DNA from: Chrysomallon squamiferum
Taxonomy: Eukaryota; Animalia; Mollusca
Length of the DNA: 64,000 bases
Direction of reading: 5' to 3'
Assembly: GCA_012295275.1 (NCBI GenBank)
Contig: CM022679.1
Span: 22,754,001-22,818,000 of the forward strand
Position numbers and translations under genes: made by a program. The notes below the pieces were generated by a model. It was not told where the DNA came from. It worked only from the letters and a program-made list of their open reading frames with translations, and did no database searches. Every line of letters starts with the position of its first letter. Positions within the stretch are counted from its first letter, which is position 1. Below are positions 1 to 14,221 of the stretch, piece after piece.

Positions 1-666
1 TAATAATAAATTAAATAATAATAAGAAGAGAAAAAGAAAAATGAATGAAAGAAAGTAAAGAAAATCAAAAAGAAAAAAATATATTTGTCAGATTAATGGA
101 CAAATGGTAATAATATATTACCTACTGATCAGTTTCATATATTAAAAACAGTAATAAAGAGTTTTAACACGAAACAAAATAACAAAAATGTAGATTCATA
201 GTATCAAACAGATGTGGAATATAATGATCATTTAACATTTTAAAAATAATGATTTTCATTAAAATTTAAAAAGCATAATTAATAATAATTTCAAACTTTC
301 TTTGTCGTTACATATGTACATGTTTATTGATTTTCTTTTTCTTTTTCTACGTACAAATTTAATTACACTTTAGATATTAAAAAATATAAAAAATAAAGAC
401 TACTGAGAAAAAATAAAATAGTATTATTATTTTTTTATTAAATGTCTTATTATTTAATATAGTTTTGGTAGGGCAGTCACATTCTCATAAAATGTCTATG
501 CAAGAATGAAAATCTATTCTTGAATGTCATAGTTCATAATCTTTTTTTTAATGTCAGAAGTTCATTTAGGGAATGTGCAGTTTAAAAAATAAATCTGAGA
601 AAAAAATAAAAAAAAAAATAAAAAATATTAAATGAAGTAGAACAGCAACAACGTCAATAATAATTA

Positions 667-759
<93 letters not shown>

Positions 760-2338
760 TTCTATTACTACTATTATTATTACTTTTACTATGCTACGAT
801 TACTATTATAAATATTACGACTACCACTATTATTATTATTATTATGATTATGATTTCAGACGTAAAATTAAATTACTATTCTGCTCTCGTTATTTCCGTA
901 TGTCTTCAACGTCTCTCTAACTCGCCCTTTTCCACGCCATCTCGTCACCTCTCTCCCTTTTTTTTTTTTTTTTTTTTTTTCTGTTTTTTTCTTTTCTAGT
1001 CATTCAATATTCAATAAACACAAAGTGACTTATTATATTTTAAGCCATGCACAAAGTCTGGATAATGCTTGCAACAGCAATAAAAGTCACGGTACGTCTT
1101 AGCGCCGTTGTCTGTAATAACATCATCGCTGTCGTTGCGACACATTACGTTCGACAGGCGACCGGTTAGGTTTTACGAGAGAGTCTTTTGTTTTAAAGCG
1201 ATCGTTAACATACAATAAGTCCGCGCTGTGGGGAATCCATCAAAACGCCGAACAAGGCGAAAAGACAACAGTATTGATCAGAAATGATAACCAACTCCCC
1301 AGAAACAAAATCCTGCCATTAGCAAACGGCCAACGGGGGTTATATTTATTCAATGATTTATCCCCAAATTACTTCCCGATAGATCTAATGCAGTCTGCTA
1401 AAATTGAATAACTTGCAGGGTGAATTCACCCCTGCGTCTTACGCGGATGATGGTCGGGCGAAATATTATGCAGTCGATCACTTCCCATCACTATTATTCG
1501 AGTTGATTCGCTAAGTGTCGCCATTATGAATGATAAGCTTAATACCGCCAGACATGAACCGCTGCTTTTAGTATCAAACGGCAGTTTTCGCAACACCGGT
1601 TCCCCGAAGACAGACAGCGATTTGCAAACGTAAAGTAATTACCGCTTGCTATGGAAGCGTCTTCCCTCGCTTCTATGTTCTTTCGGCGTTAATGGCTGTT
1701 GGCTTTCGATGACCCTTTCACGAGATGTTGTGTTTGTTTTCGTCAAATTTTTCTAATATGTTCCACTAATAATGCAAATTGAGGTTATTGCCGCGTAAAG
1801 GAATCTGTATTTTTTTTTTTTATTATTTTTTTTTTTTTCTTTATTTTCTCTTTTTAATCGTCGAATTGATGGCGTGGAATTGTGTCTGAATTTACAATCG
1901 AGAATTATTTGAAGTTATGCCACCATCAAAATAATTTCCCGATACAGTGATTCTGACAGTTTATTATGTAATGGTTATTTAGATTAAGGCCTTCCAGTGC
2001 TTCGTTTGTCAAATAGTCTCGTACATGCAAATAATGTTATTTAATATTTTAGATGTTTTGGCTTTATGAAGATAATAGCGTTTTAGGGTCAGTGATAAGT
2101 AAGTATATGTAATCTTTAATCATGGAAAAGTTTGTCTCTCTAGGGCTGTTGATGTTGTTTTTCAAGAAATTATGAAACGATGCCGAAAATTGCATTTATT
2201 TAATTAATATTTGTTGTCTGTTTAAATAAAGGGATTTGATATGATTCTCTCATTATCATCAACGAAAATATAAAAATAGCTATTTAACAGCAACAACAAC
2301 AACAATAATAAAATACTGATGATGATGATGATGATATT

Positions 2339-2374
<36 letters not shown>

Positions 2375-2842
2375 AATAATAATAATAATAATAATAACAG
2401 CAATAATAATAATAATAATCAATAATAACAATAAAATGAACCCCCAAAAATGGGATTATAACTAATCAAAAATAATTATTTGTTTTTAAAATGATACTAT
2501 AAAATGAATCTTTTGATTATAAGAGTCAGTTTAGTTACTGAGCAATGTATTTTTACTATTTTTATTTATTTACTTACATACTTACTTTAGTTTTAGTAAT
2601 GTATAGGTTGCAAGTAAAAAATACGTGCACAATATCGAATTAAATTTTAATATTTTTGTCAAACATTTTCTATCGCAGATTTGCCACACTGCATATAAAT
2701 TTCTATTTAGTAATGAATTTATTTACTTATTGGATATATTTGATTAATTTATGTAAAATACACGTTAATATCCGTTACATACATACATACTTAAGTGTAT
2801 TTATGAGTGTATTATACATTGATATATTTCCTATATACATAG

Positions 2843-2889
<47 letters not shown>

Positions 2890-4599
2890 AATGTATGAAT
2901 GTAGGAAAAACAAATCAGCTTCATTAACAACTTTACTCCTAAACCATTTTATCAACATCGTTCAAAATGATGTCTGAATTCTTTTTTTTCTTCTTCTTAT
3001 TATTATCAATTTTTTTCTTCTTCTTCTTCTTCTTCTTCTTCTTGTTTTTCATTTACACCAAACACTGCAACAAATTTCAAGCTTTTTTTTTTTTTTCTTT
3101 CTTTCTTTCTTTACCCCCTCGCGTACTATTACCGCAGGAATCTGACAAGAGCAATACAAAAATGATGACAATTTGAAAATTGGAAAACCCCTGTGATGAA
3201 TCGGCCAGGTTCACACGAAAGACCTTACACAGCGCCGAAGAGCCCAACAGCTTGCAGATTTGATCACATTCTAAATAATAAGTTGATTTGTAGCCATGTC
3301 CTCTCGTAAATGGTAGACAGCAGATTGTTAAAATAGTGGATGAAAATTGATAAGAAAAGAACGCCGACGAGGCACCGTGATGGAAGCTAAATGCGAGACA
3401 ATTACGCCAGGACGACCTTGCTAAGATTGCTAGACATATTTATAGAAAGATTTTTTTTATTTTTTTTTTCTCTTTACTTTTTTATTTTTTGTTCTCGTTA
3501 TTACTTTTCTGGATTTTTTTTTTCTTTCTTTCTTTCATGATTTTTTTTTTTTTTTTTTTTTTGTTTTTGTTTTATTGTTTACTCTTTTTTGTTTTTCATT
3601 ATTTATTTTGGTTTTTTTATTGATGTAATTATTTTGATTTTTTTTTATCGATTTGATTGATTGATTGATTGATTTATCTGTCTGTCTGTCTGTCTATATG
3701 TTGGTCTGTGTGCATTCTGATGAATGACTTTTATTATATTTTTATAAATGGAAACAATTTGTAATAATAAATAAAAAATAAAAGTGCTTTGCACTAAATT
3801 AACGTCTGTCGAATTATTTATCTAATATAGTTTTTTTTTTTTTATTTTTTTTATTTTTTTTTATTATTAAATTAAAAACTGAATAATATATTTATTTGTT
3901 TATTTACTTTTGATTATTTTTTTATTTTTATTTTTTAAATTTATTATCAGTATCATTATCATCATTATTTTTGTTGTAATTATTTTTGTTACTGCTACTA
4001 CTACTACTAATATTATTACTAATACTAATACTATTATTATTAGTGCTCTTTATTTCATATCGTTCTATTTTTGTAATAAGTTTAATTTCCTACTGATGTT
4101 CTTTTTCGTTCTTTTTCGTTCTTTTTTCCTTAATTATTTATATAGTTATTGTTCTACATTTTTTTTATATATATATATTTTTTATTATTAATTTATTTGT
4201 TGTTTAAAAATAACTTCTACAGCTTCATATTAACGATAATTTAAAGTCACGACATCATTCAGTTTCAACCCCGCATTCTCTTCTCCAGTTTCAGCTTGTC
4301 ATTTCGGTCTCTTTAATTTCGTTCAAAACTTGCTCAGTCTTGCTCTAAGTTCCCTCCACACTTTTTAATCACCAAGTTTTCTTTCCGGCTCTGCGTGAGC
4401 CCGCGACAAACTCGTCCTTGTTTCTCCATCCCGAAAACTTAATGTCCAAGGTCTGATTAAATAAAGGGACAATATCAGAGAAGCTTGTGCTGAAAATGCG
4501 CCCTCGGTTGTAAACAATTGGTCCTGATTGACTCTCGGATTCTCATCAGCCGACAGAGAAGTGGATGACTTTCAGTCCGTCTTGTGCAAACTGGAGCAG

Positions 4600-5650
4600 A
4601 AGATGTCGTTAAACGCCAGACCGGCGGCAGGTTGTCGTTAATAAACTCTGTTCTCTGCTGCAAGATCTTCTCCGCAGAACTGGACTGTTGGGAAATAGAG
4701 GTTTTAAAAACAGAAATGTGTGCTGCAGGAGAAAATAGCTGAGTGTATGAATGTTAAAGTATAGAAAATTAATCGTAAGCGGCAGATCAACGGCATGTTG
4801 TCCGTTAATAAACTCCGTTCTTTACTGCAAGATCTTCTCCACAGAACTGGGCTGTTAGGAAATAGAGGTTTTAAAACAGAAAACATGAGTTAATAAACTC
4901 TGTTCTCTGCTGCTGTTAAAATGGTCCAGGAGAAAATAGATGAATGTACATAGATGTAAAAGTATATAGAATTAATCGTAAGCGGCAGATCAACGGCATG
5001 TTAGGAAATAGAGGTTTTAAACAGAAATGTGTGCTTTGAAATGGTCCAGGAAAAAATAGCTATGTTTATGTAAGGTATAAAATAGTAAAATAGTATAAAA
5101 TATTTCGTAAGCGCCAGATCAGCTGCAAGTTGTCTGTTATAATCTGGGTTCTCTTATGCAAGACATTCACATATTTTTGGAAACAGGGGTTTAAAAACAG
5201 AATAGTGGGTTCTAAAATGGTTCTAGGGTATATAAAGGGAGTACAACTACTGTACAAAAGCTTGCGCTAAATGCCAAATCGGTGGTGGTTTGTCCTTAAT
5301 AATCTCTGTTTTTAATTGCAAAAAGATTTTGCCCCTTAGAAATAGAGTTTTAACATAAAAATAATTCTAAAACGGTCCAGTTGAAGAGAGTTGTATATTT
5401 AACGGGTAGGAATAGAACTTTTAAAAGTTGTTGCTAAACACATGATTGGTTGTAGTTTGTAGTTAATAATATTGATATTTATTTGTAAAAAGGTCTCAAC
5501 TTTACCCTCAAATAAAAATATTTTAAAAAGAAAAAAATCTTGGTAAGGTGGAAATGGATAGGTGTAAGTGGGAAGCTGGTTGTCATTAACAATGCTTCTC
5601 TTCTGCTGCACAAAAAATTACTCTTAGAAACCAAATGTTTTATTAAGAAT
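4600..5650. repeat. Degenerate ~165-bp tandem repeat, about 6-7 full or partial copies
   Basis: Recurring gttgtc(c)gttaataaactc, gcaagatcttctcc, gaaatagaggttttaaaa, aatggtccagg and cgtaagcggcagatca. Confidence 0.85.
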
Positions 5651-5756
5651 TTAAACAACACTGAAACTTCAAAGAATTTTATATTCCACATTTTTCTATT
5701 CATTCATAATAACAAGAAATAAGATAAAACAAACAAGGAGAACTTAAACATTTTCA

Positions 5757-5790
<34 letters not shown>

Positions 5791-6485
5791 AGAAGAAGAA
5801 AAAAAAAAAAAATTTCACTCATTTTTCGAAAACAGGAAGACTTAACATGGAAACGTCGTTATACCAGTCTAGCGAACGCCGAGGCAAAAAGAAAAGACGC
5901 GTAACAGAGACAGGCATTCAGTGCACATCTTGAGGCTTCATTTCATTTCATTGCGGTAATTGGTCAAATTTGGGCAATGGAGGCCCCATCAGAAAAACCT
6001 CATTGAGGCGGTTAAACCGGGTTAAATTCCGATCACCGGCTGATGATTAGTACGCGACTGACAAGACGTTTGTATCCGTTATTGACGAAAACATCTTCTG
6101 CCCTGAGAGGAACATGATACGCTCGCAATGACATTAAAAGAGGCGAATTATGGCACATCTAGAGAGTGTCATGGTAAATTTCACAAATACGTGTCCAGCA
6201 CTTCATCAGTTCATAACTGCTCGTCTGGGGACAGGGAAAATGCGATTACTCCGCGATACAAGAAAGTCCATCACAATTCGGCTCGGCCGAAATCCAATCA
6301 GTGCTGACGTCGTCTTGCAGCTACGGCACACACACCGACGTCTTATTGAAGACCCGCTACGCCTAAGTTTATGCTAATTACATTGTTCTCGTCGTTTAGT
6401 TGTTGTTTTTTTTAAATTCGGTGTTTAGTGAAAATGTCAATGACAGTTCTTTTTTTTTTTTTTTTTTTTTTTTAAATTGTTTGTT

Positions 6486-6517
<32 letters not shown>

Positions 6518-7259
6518 GTGTGTTTGTTTATTGTTTTTGGCGGGGATGTTCCAAGATTTTCTTTTCTTCTTCTTCTTCTTCTTATTAATATTATTATTAT
6601 TATTATTAATATTATAATTTTTTATTATTATTATTATTGTTGTTGTTGTTGATCATTATCATCAGTAGCAGCAACACCTAATTATAATCATCAGAATTTT
6701 ATTTTTATTTTTATGTGTTTTTTTTTTCTTATTATTATTAGCAGGTCTATACTTTACGTTTAAAAATGAAAAGCTTTTTTATCTTGAAATTTTTTTTTTT
6801 TTTTCTTTATTCATAAATATAACATTTAAAAAAAATACTCAGTATCTTTTAATTATTTTAAAGTGTTTCTTTTCTTCTTTTTTACCCCCTTTTTTTTAAC
6901 TAGTTAATAACGGCTTATATGTTTTTTTACAGATAACACTTAATACATTTTCTTTATTTTATTATTATTAAGATTGATGATCTGTTCACGACCCACTGTA
7001 TATAAAATACATCTCCCTGTTTTGCGATCATATCAATGAGTCACCCTGTAACAACTTTTTTCAATCTTCCCTTTCGAAAATAGTTAACCCAAGAAGCGAA
7101 AAGTAAGTGCTAACACATTTATAAACAAACAAATAAAATAGAAGAAAAAGAAAACGAAAATAAAAAGTAAAATATGGCGCATATATATAATAGTTAATAT
7201 TAAAATATCCAATAGTCTAGAAGTAACTTCCTATAAGATTTCATTAAAATTTATAAATT

Positions 7260-7309
<50 letters not shown>

Positions 7310-9157
7310 TAATAATAATAATAATATGAAGAATGAGAACAACAGACTCAGCTACAACAGCAGCAGCAGTAACAATAACAATAACAATAAATAAATAAAT
7401 GTCATGCAAAAAAAAACATATCGCAAAGTGATGTATCTGTTTTCGAAAGTTTAAATCCTTTATCTTTTTTCGATCTTTTATTTTTAAATTATTTTTTATC
7501 ATTTTTTTTTTTTATTTTATTTTTTTTTTATTTTTTTTATCTTATTTTATTTATTTTTTTTTATTTTATTTTGTTTTATTTTTTATCTTATTATTATTTA
7601 TATTTTATCTTATTGTTCTTATTTTCTTTCATTTTATTTTGTTTTATATAAATTTACTTTTATTTTATTTTATCTTATTGTTCTTATTTTACTTCATTTT
7701 ATTTTGTTTTACTTTATATAAATTTACTTTTATTTTATTTTATTTTTTTTCTAGTTCTTCTTCTTCTTCTTTTTAATTTCAACAACATTGGTAAAAAAAA
7801 AAAAAAAAAAAAAAAACAAAACATCTCTTTATCTATTTAGTTTGAAACAAACCATGTTGTGACACGTTTACAAATAGCTGACATTTTATCCGTTTTGTTT
7901 CCAATGGTATTAAAACAAATATTCCAAACTGAAGCGTCTTAGTCAAAGGACGGGGAAATTTCTTTGATGCAGTGACGTTATGAAGTCCAGATGTTATCTA
8001 AGATGATGCACAGTGATAGCGCCCGCTTCAGAAGCGTGAACAAAAAACTGGTTTGACGAATCATGGTATATAGGAGTGGTTAATTAAATGAGCAAATGCT
8101 CAACATATTTCTAAACTGACAGTTGCTGAAATTATTAATGCTTTTGCGTTCTTGGGAGAGATACAGTCATTTCTCATAATTCAAGGCATGTAAACATGGC
8201 TAATAAGAAAGGTTAAGAATGATGATGGTAATGATGATGATAGGGGTGATGATGATGATGATGATGATGAAATAATAATGCTGACGATGATGATTTTGAT
8301 GATATTGATAACGATTATGGTTGTGGTTGTGATGATTATGGTGGTGGTCATGATGGTTATAATGATAATGATGATGAGCATAAGCATAATGATTATGATG
8401 ATGATGATAACAATAATGTTGAATGGAAAGATCAAGATAATAATGCTGATTAAATCTTTTTTCAGATGTTTTAGGAATTATACTGTCCCTCCCTCAGTGA
8501 AAGCTGGGCTCAATTAAGTCCACTGAGCTATTTCCCAATCCGAAAGTGCTCGAGAACTGCTTTATCAAAAAAAATGAGATAGGCGCTTACCTAACTGCGA
8601 GAAGGTGCATATTAAAAAAAATCCTTTGCTGCTCTTCACATTAATTAAAACGATTCAGCCAGACTTTATATCAACAATTTATTTATCTTCTGACTTAACT
8701 CATTTCTATCCGGGTTTCTTCACCAACGACCCATAACTCTTTCCATTAAGGCGCAGTTGTTATGGATTGCGATTATCGGGTCTCACAACGACCACGTTAT
8801 CAAAACGTCATATGCCATCGCAACGTCTCCCTAACTCTGGCAAATTGCCGCGACCTCACGCGCCCCGCGTCACCCCGGGAGACAGTTTCGCCATAAATTG
8901 AAATGAAACAAATCAACATAACTTTTATTTTCTCGTAATTTCAACTCCAAAATCTGTCGGTAACTTCAAAACAGACGCCAAAGTTCTGCATCAGCATGGC
9001 AGGATTGAGCGGCTGCCGAAAACACTGCGTGTCACTGAAGTGACCCGACCTGCACGAAAAGAGAATGTTGCTAATTTGATACGTTCGAAAATAGATAATC
9101 TGTCTGAAAGAAATATTAAAAAATAATAATAATGTAAAATAAAAAATAAAATAAAAA

Positions 9158-9163
9158 TAATAA

Positions 9164-9237
<74 letters not shown>

Positions 9238-9268
9238 ATAATAATAATAATAATAATAGTAATAGTAA
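9158..9268. repeat. (TAG)n/(TAA)n microsatellite
   Basis: Direct inspection. Confidence 0.95.
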
Positions 9269-9578
9269 TATTTAATTTTCAATTCATGTGTGTGTGTGTA
9301 TATATATTATAATATATTTTTACTCATTTTTTTCCAATCCTTTCTTTTATTTTGTCTTTATATAATTTTCTTTTCTTTCTTTTTTACTAATTTTATTTTT
9401 ATTTTTATTTGATTTTTATTTATTTTATTTTATTTTATTTTTATTTTATTTTTTTTTTTTTTTTTTTTTTTTTTCATTGTTTTTCTTTATTAATTTATTT
9501 AATTTTACTTTTTTTTTTTTCTTCATTCACTTTTGGATTTTTTGAAGTGCGTTTGTAGATTTTTTAATTTTCATCCAT

Positions 9579-9609
<31 letters not shown>

Positions 9610-10889
9610 TTTGGTTGTTTGTTTGTTTTTTGCTGTTGTTTTTGTTTTCTGTGATTTATTTATATTTAGGTTATTTTTTTTTTATTGTTATTAAATATAT
9701 TTTTTTCATTCATTCATTCATTTTATTATTTAAATTTATTGCTGTAATTAATCGTTTTCTTTGTTACGTTAGTTTCAGTGTTTTATTTTGATTCAATTTG
9801 TTTTATTTCTAATATTTTATTTCTGTTATTTTTATTTAGTTATTTATTTTATTTTATTTGTATTACTACTACAACTAATAATACTACTACTATTATTATT
9901 ATTATCATCGTCATCATCATCATCATCATTATTAATGTTTAATTATTAATTTGTATTTATTTTTATTAATTTTTTCCTTTATTTTTTTATTATTTATTTT
10001 TAATTATTTTGGTTTTCATTCATATATATTGTTATTCATTTTGTTACTCTCTCTCTCTTTCTCTCTTTTTCTAACTGTCTTTACACCCATACACACAGAA
10101 ACACATACACATCCACATACAAACACACACAGACACAAACACACACATGTACATATATGTATACACTGAGGTGTCAGTTAATCTTTTTTCTTCTTCGTTT
10201 TTAAAACTGTTTTTTTTTCTCTCTCTCTCTCTTAACCCAGACACCACGTGACTTTTTAAAGTCAGTTAGGTTGTCAAGATGGTGATAATCTGGCACGACG
10301 TCAGCTCCAACTGTCTGCGTTGATAAATTTAATAACTGTTAACATTATCACTGCTATTTGTTAACGAACTTTTTAACAACGATTTTTAGATTGTCTTCGC
10401 CGTAATTAAATAATCGGAACAGCTTTGGAAAATATCTGTTAGTAGTGGTAATAATTGTGGTGGTAGTGGTTGTAATAGTGGTATTAGTTGTTGTGTAGTT
10501 GTAGTAGTAGTAGTTGTTTTTTTGTTGTTGAGGACGCAGTAGTTGTGGTTAGTGGTGCTGCTGTTGTAGTAATTGCAGAAATAGTAGTGGCTTTTATTGT
10601 TGCAGTTGTTGTAGCAATAGTGGCTGTTGTTGTTGTTATAATTGTAGAAGTAACTGTCATGCTGTTATTGTAGTGATAGTAGTAGTCTTAGTACAGTAGC
10701 TGTAATAGAAGAAGTTGTAGTAGTGTGAACCAGAAAGAATGATAACACATTGATGAAGGGAGCTTGAGCAAGAAATAATCATGTGAAATAATAAAAAAAA
10801 AAAAAAAAAAAAAAGCGAGGGAATAAAATAAAATTGTAAGAAAGTATTTCAAAAGTTTTAAACAAAGGTCATTAAAGTAGATGATTATC

Positions 10890-10978
<89 letters not shown>

Positions 10979-11074
10979 TTCAACTTTAATGTTTTCTCTT
11001 TTTTTTTCTTTTCTTTTCTTTTTTTTTTCTTCTATTTTAATCAAATTAATTCAGCTTGCTGCTATCACGCTCGC

Positions 11075-11123
<49 letters not shown>

Positions 11124-12183
11124 CATTTCCGAGAACACTCGGTCCTTTCACTGCAGGCGTATGAATACATTATCACGCGCGAAAAGACAAACGTCAATAT
11201 AATTAAACTGTCGGAAATATGGCCGAGCGAACGCACGCGCATGGTTTGGCGCGCGTGGCCGTGTGAAGAGTCACTTTTCTGTTTGCCAGATACAAAGCAA
11301 CATTGTGATAATCAAACATGCAGATGTTCGCCTATCCTTAATGCAATTTGCCAAATTGATCGGATGGGCCTGCACGGACTAGATGTTGTAACTGATTGCA
11401 ACGCGGAGGCTTGCAGATCGAGAACAGCGAGATATGTTATCTGAGTCCCTGACTGCGCGTGTGTTTGACTTGTCCCTCCCTCCCTCCCTTCCGTGTTGTT
11501 GTTAGTTTGTCTGTTGTTTTATGATGTTAAAAAGGGTGGGGGGGAATGTGTTTTGTTTATTTGTTGTTTTTTTAATTATTTTATTTGTTATTTTTGTTAT
11601 TGTTGTTGTGGTTGTTGTTATTGTTTTTTGTTGCGTGATGGGTTTTTTTTTCTCTTCTTCTTCTTCTTCTTCTTCTTCTTCTTCTTCTTTTTCTTCTATT
11701 ATTATTATTATTATTATTGTTGTTCTTGTTTTTTCCTTTTTGTTGTTTTGTTTTATTTATTTTTATTGTTGTTGGTTTTGGATAGACAGATGGAAAATAG
11801 AAATGAAATGAAAATGTAAACAAAGATAGAAACAAAACAAACAAATCAAATAAACTATTCTCTTTTTTTTTTTTTTTTATTCTTCTGGTTTTTAGCCGTT
11901 TAAAATAAATTAAATAAAGAAGGTAAGAAAGAAAGAAAAAGAGAATCAACGAGAGAAAGAAAAATTAAATTGATGAATGAAATTAAATTTTTAGTATAAA
12001 AGAAAGAAAGAAAAGTAAAAGTAAATAAATATATCCAAAATAACCAAAATAACCTAAATATAAATAATTAAATCAAATTAAAATATTTACTGATTATTCT
12101 TATTTCGAAAAACATCAAACAAAAAGATAAAATGAAGAATTATTTCAAAACTCCACAAATAACTAACTAACTAACAAACAAAC

Positions 12184-12222
<39 letters not shown>

Positions 12223-12245
12223 CCCGAAAAAAAAATGAAGGATTT

Positions 12246-12321
12246 TTTCCCAATAAAAGAGAGAAATAGCGAATAGGGTGCAGAGTGCAACAACTCACCA
12301 GATATAATTAACGATCACCAG
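12246..12321 (-). repeat. 76-bp inverted copy of 13880-13955
   Basis: Reverse complement matches ctgatgatcgttaattatatctggtgagttgttgcactctgcaccctattcgctatttctctcttttatggggaaa with 2 mismatches. Confidence 0.92.
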
Positions 12322-12691
12322 TTTCTTTCTATCTACCTATCTACCTACCTACCTGTCTAACAAAGAGAGACTGAAAACAAATTACAGTTCTCAGTTATAA
12401 ATATGTCTATTAAATTAACAAAATGAAAGAAACTGTTAGAATTATTAGAAACAAATTTTCATAGCAATTTAACATATTTTGCAGATCAATTTATTCTCAC
12501 AAACGATATCAGAAACACATCTCAAATCTTTGAACTCAAATCTTTACAATTTGTAAAAAAAAAACCATTTGATTAATGGAATTTAGATTCTAATAAAATA
12601 AAGAAAACGAGTGCAAAACCATTAATTTTATTTTTATTTTTTATTTTTTATTTTTTATTTTTACATTATACTGAAATTATTTATTTGAAAA

Positions 12692-12731
<40 letters not shown>

Positions 12732-13732
12732 TAATTTAAAATAATAATTAAAAAAATAAAAAAAATAATAAAATAATAATTCATTTTGAATAGCGGTTTT
12801 TAATACCGAATCGTTTCGGCCAGTCGCCGCGTATGTTTGGACCTTTACGGCAGACTGTTTCCGAGTTTGAAGTGACTCACGAGGACATATGGCTGAGAGA
12901 TGTCGAGAGAAAACATAAGTGATGCGTAATTGAAAAGCTTTTATCGGCTAATTAGATCTGTGTCTTCTGTACGCTGGTGCGTGCCTCGAAGGTCTGCACG
13001 CGCGCGCGTTTACTTAACTTTAACGCAACGCATCAGCGATGCACGTGACTTTGAAACACGGTGAATTGATTTTTTTTGTAAGCGGGTTGTTTGGTTGCAC
13101 GTGGATTTTTATTGTTGGTTTAATTTTTTGATTTTTGTTTTTCTTTTATTTTCTTCTGTTGTTTATTTATTTGTATTTCGTTTTGGTTTGGGCTTTAGAT
13201 TTTTTTTATTAATTTTTTAAATTATTATTTCATTTATTTATTTATTTTTTTAATTATTTTTATTTTATTTATTATTATTTTTTTTTTATTTTTTTTTTTT
13301 TTTTATTTTTTTATTATTATTATTATTAATTTGTTTTTGTTTTTGTTTTTTTTGTTTATTTTGGCCTTTTCTGTTTTTAATGTCTTGAAAATCGTATCTT
13401 GTTTATACGCATCAAAAAAATCAAAACAATATTTGATTCCATTAAATTACTATATCAATTTTTCCTTTTATTAATTCATGACTACAGTCAGTGTCTACAT
13501 AATTCAGGTTATTTATTAACATGCATACATGCTCGATTTACCACTCTCTTTAACAGTTTGATATTAATAAAACTGTCATCTGCAGTTTAAAAATTAATTA
13601 CGTTAACACTATTGCTTTCGGCATCGTCTCACAAATGTACGGTTTTCTCCGTTCATTTAAACACAACTGATAACCTTTTTCCCGCCTTTTCAAACTAGCA
13701 CTCGTCTGCACGTGTTTTTTTGTTTTCTGCTG

Positions 13733-13770
<38 letters not shown>

Positions 13771-13879
13771 TCGTTTGTTTTGCTTTCCTCCTTCTTTTTA
13801 TACGCACTATTCTCTACTCGTATTCTGTTGTGCGTTTGCCCACAACATTATCTGTCTCCGCCACTTGCAGCACGTTATC

Positions 13880-14221
13880 CTGATGATCGTTAATTATATC
13901 TGGTGAGTTGTTGCACTCTGCACCCTATTCGCTATTTCTCTCTTTTATGGGGAAACAAACAAATGAGGATATTTGTGCATTCGTTCATGCTTCCATTGCT
14001 GCAGTGTCAGTTTCTCTCCCTCGGTATCATTCATTTAACCAGAGGTCGCGCAGAACCCCGGACTAAGTCTCTTCGGAAAATTTACGCTTAATTGACTTTA
14101 GTTAGACCAAACTATATGTTCCTTATTACATCGCCGGCAGCAGCAGCAGCAAGATAGATGTGTTTCATAAATATTGTAATCTGCAGAGTTTACGAGCGAG
14201 ACATTTATCAAAAGCCGTTGG
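13880..14221. promoter_or_regulatory. Candidate cis-regulatory element, copy A of a diverged duplicated pair
   Basis: Colinear conserved blocks shared with 24805-25147; regulatory function is inference. Confidence 0.45.

Noticed and set aside
10881-11444. 187-aa ORF
   Set aside because: Held open by (GA)n and (TG)n tracts; the remainder has no recognisable motif
13903-14091. Coding interpretation of the duplicated element (MRIFVHSFML versus TRLFVHVLML in copy B)
   Set aside because: The similarity is short; 1- and 2-nt indels and stops break a shared frame, and there are no matching splice sites
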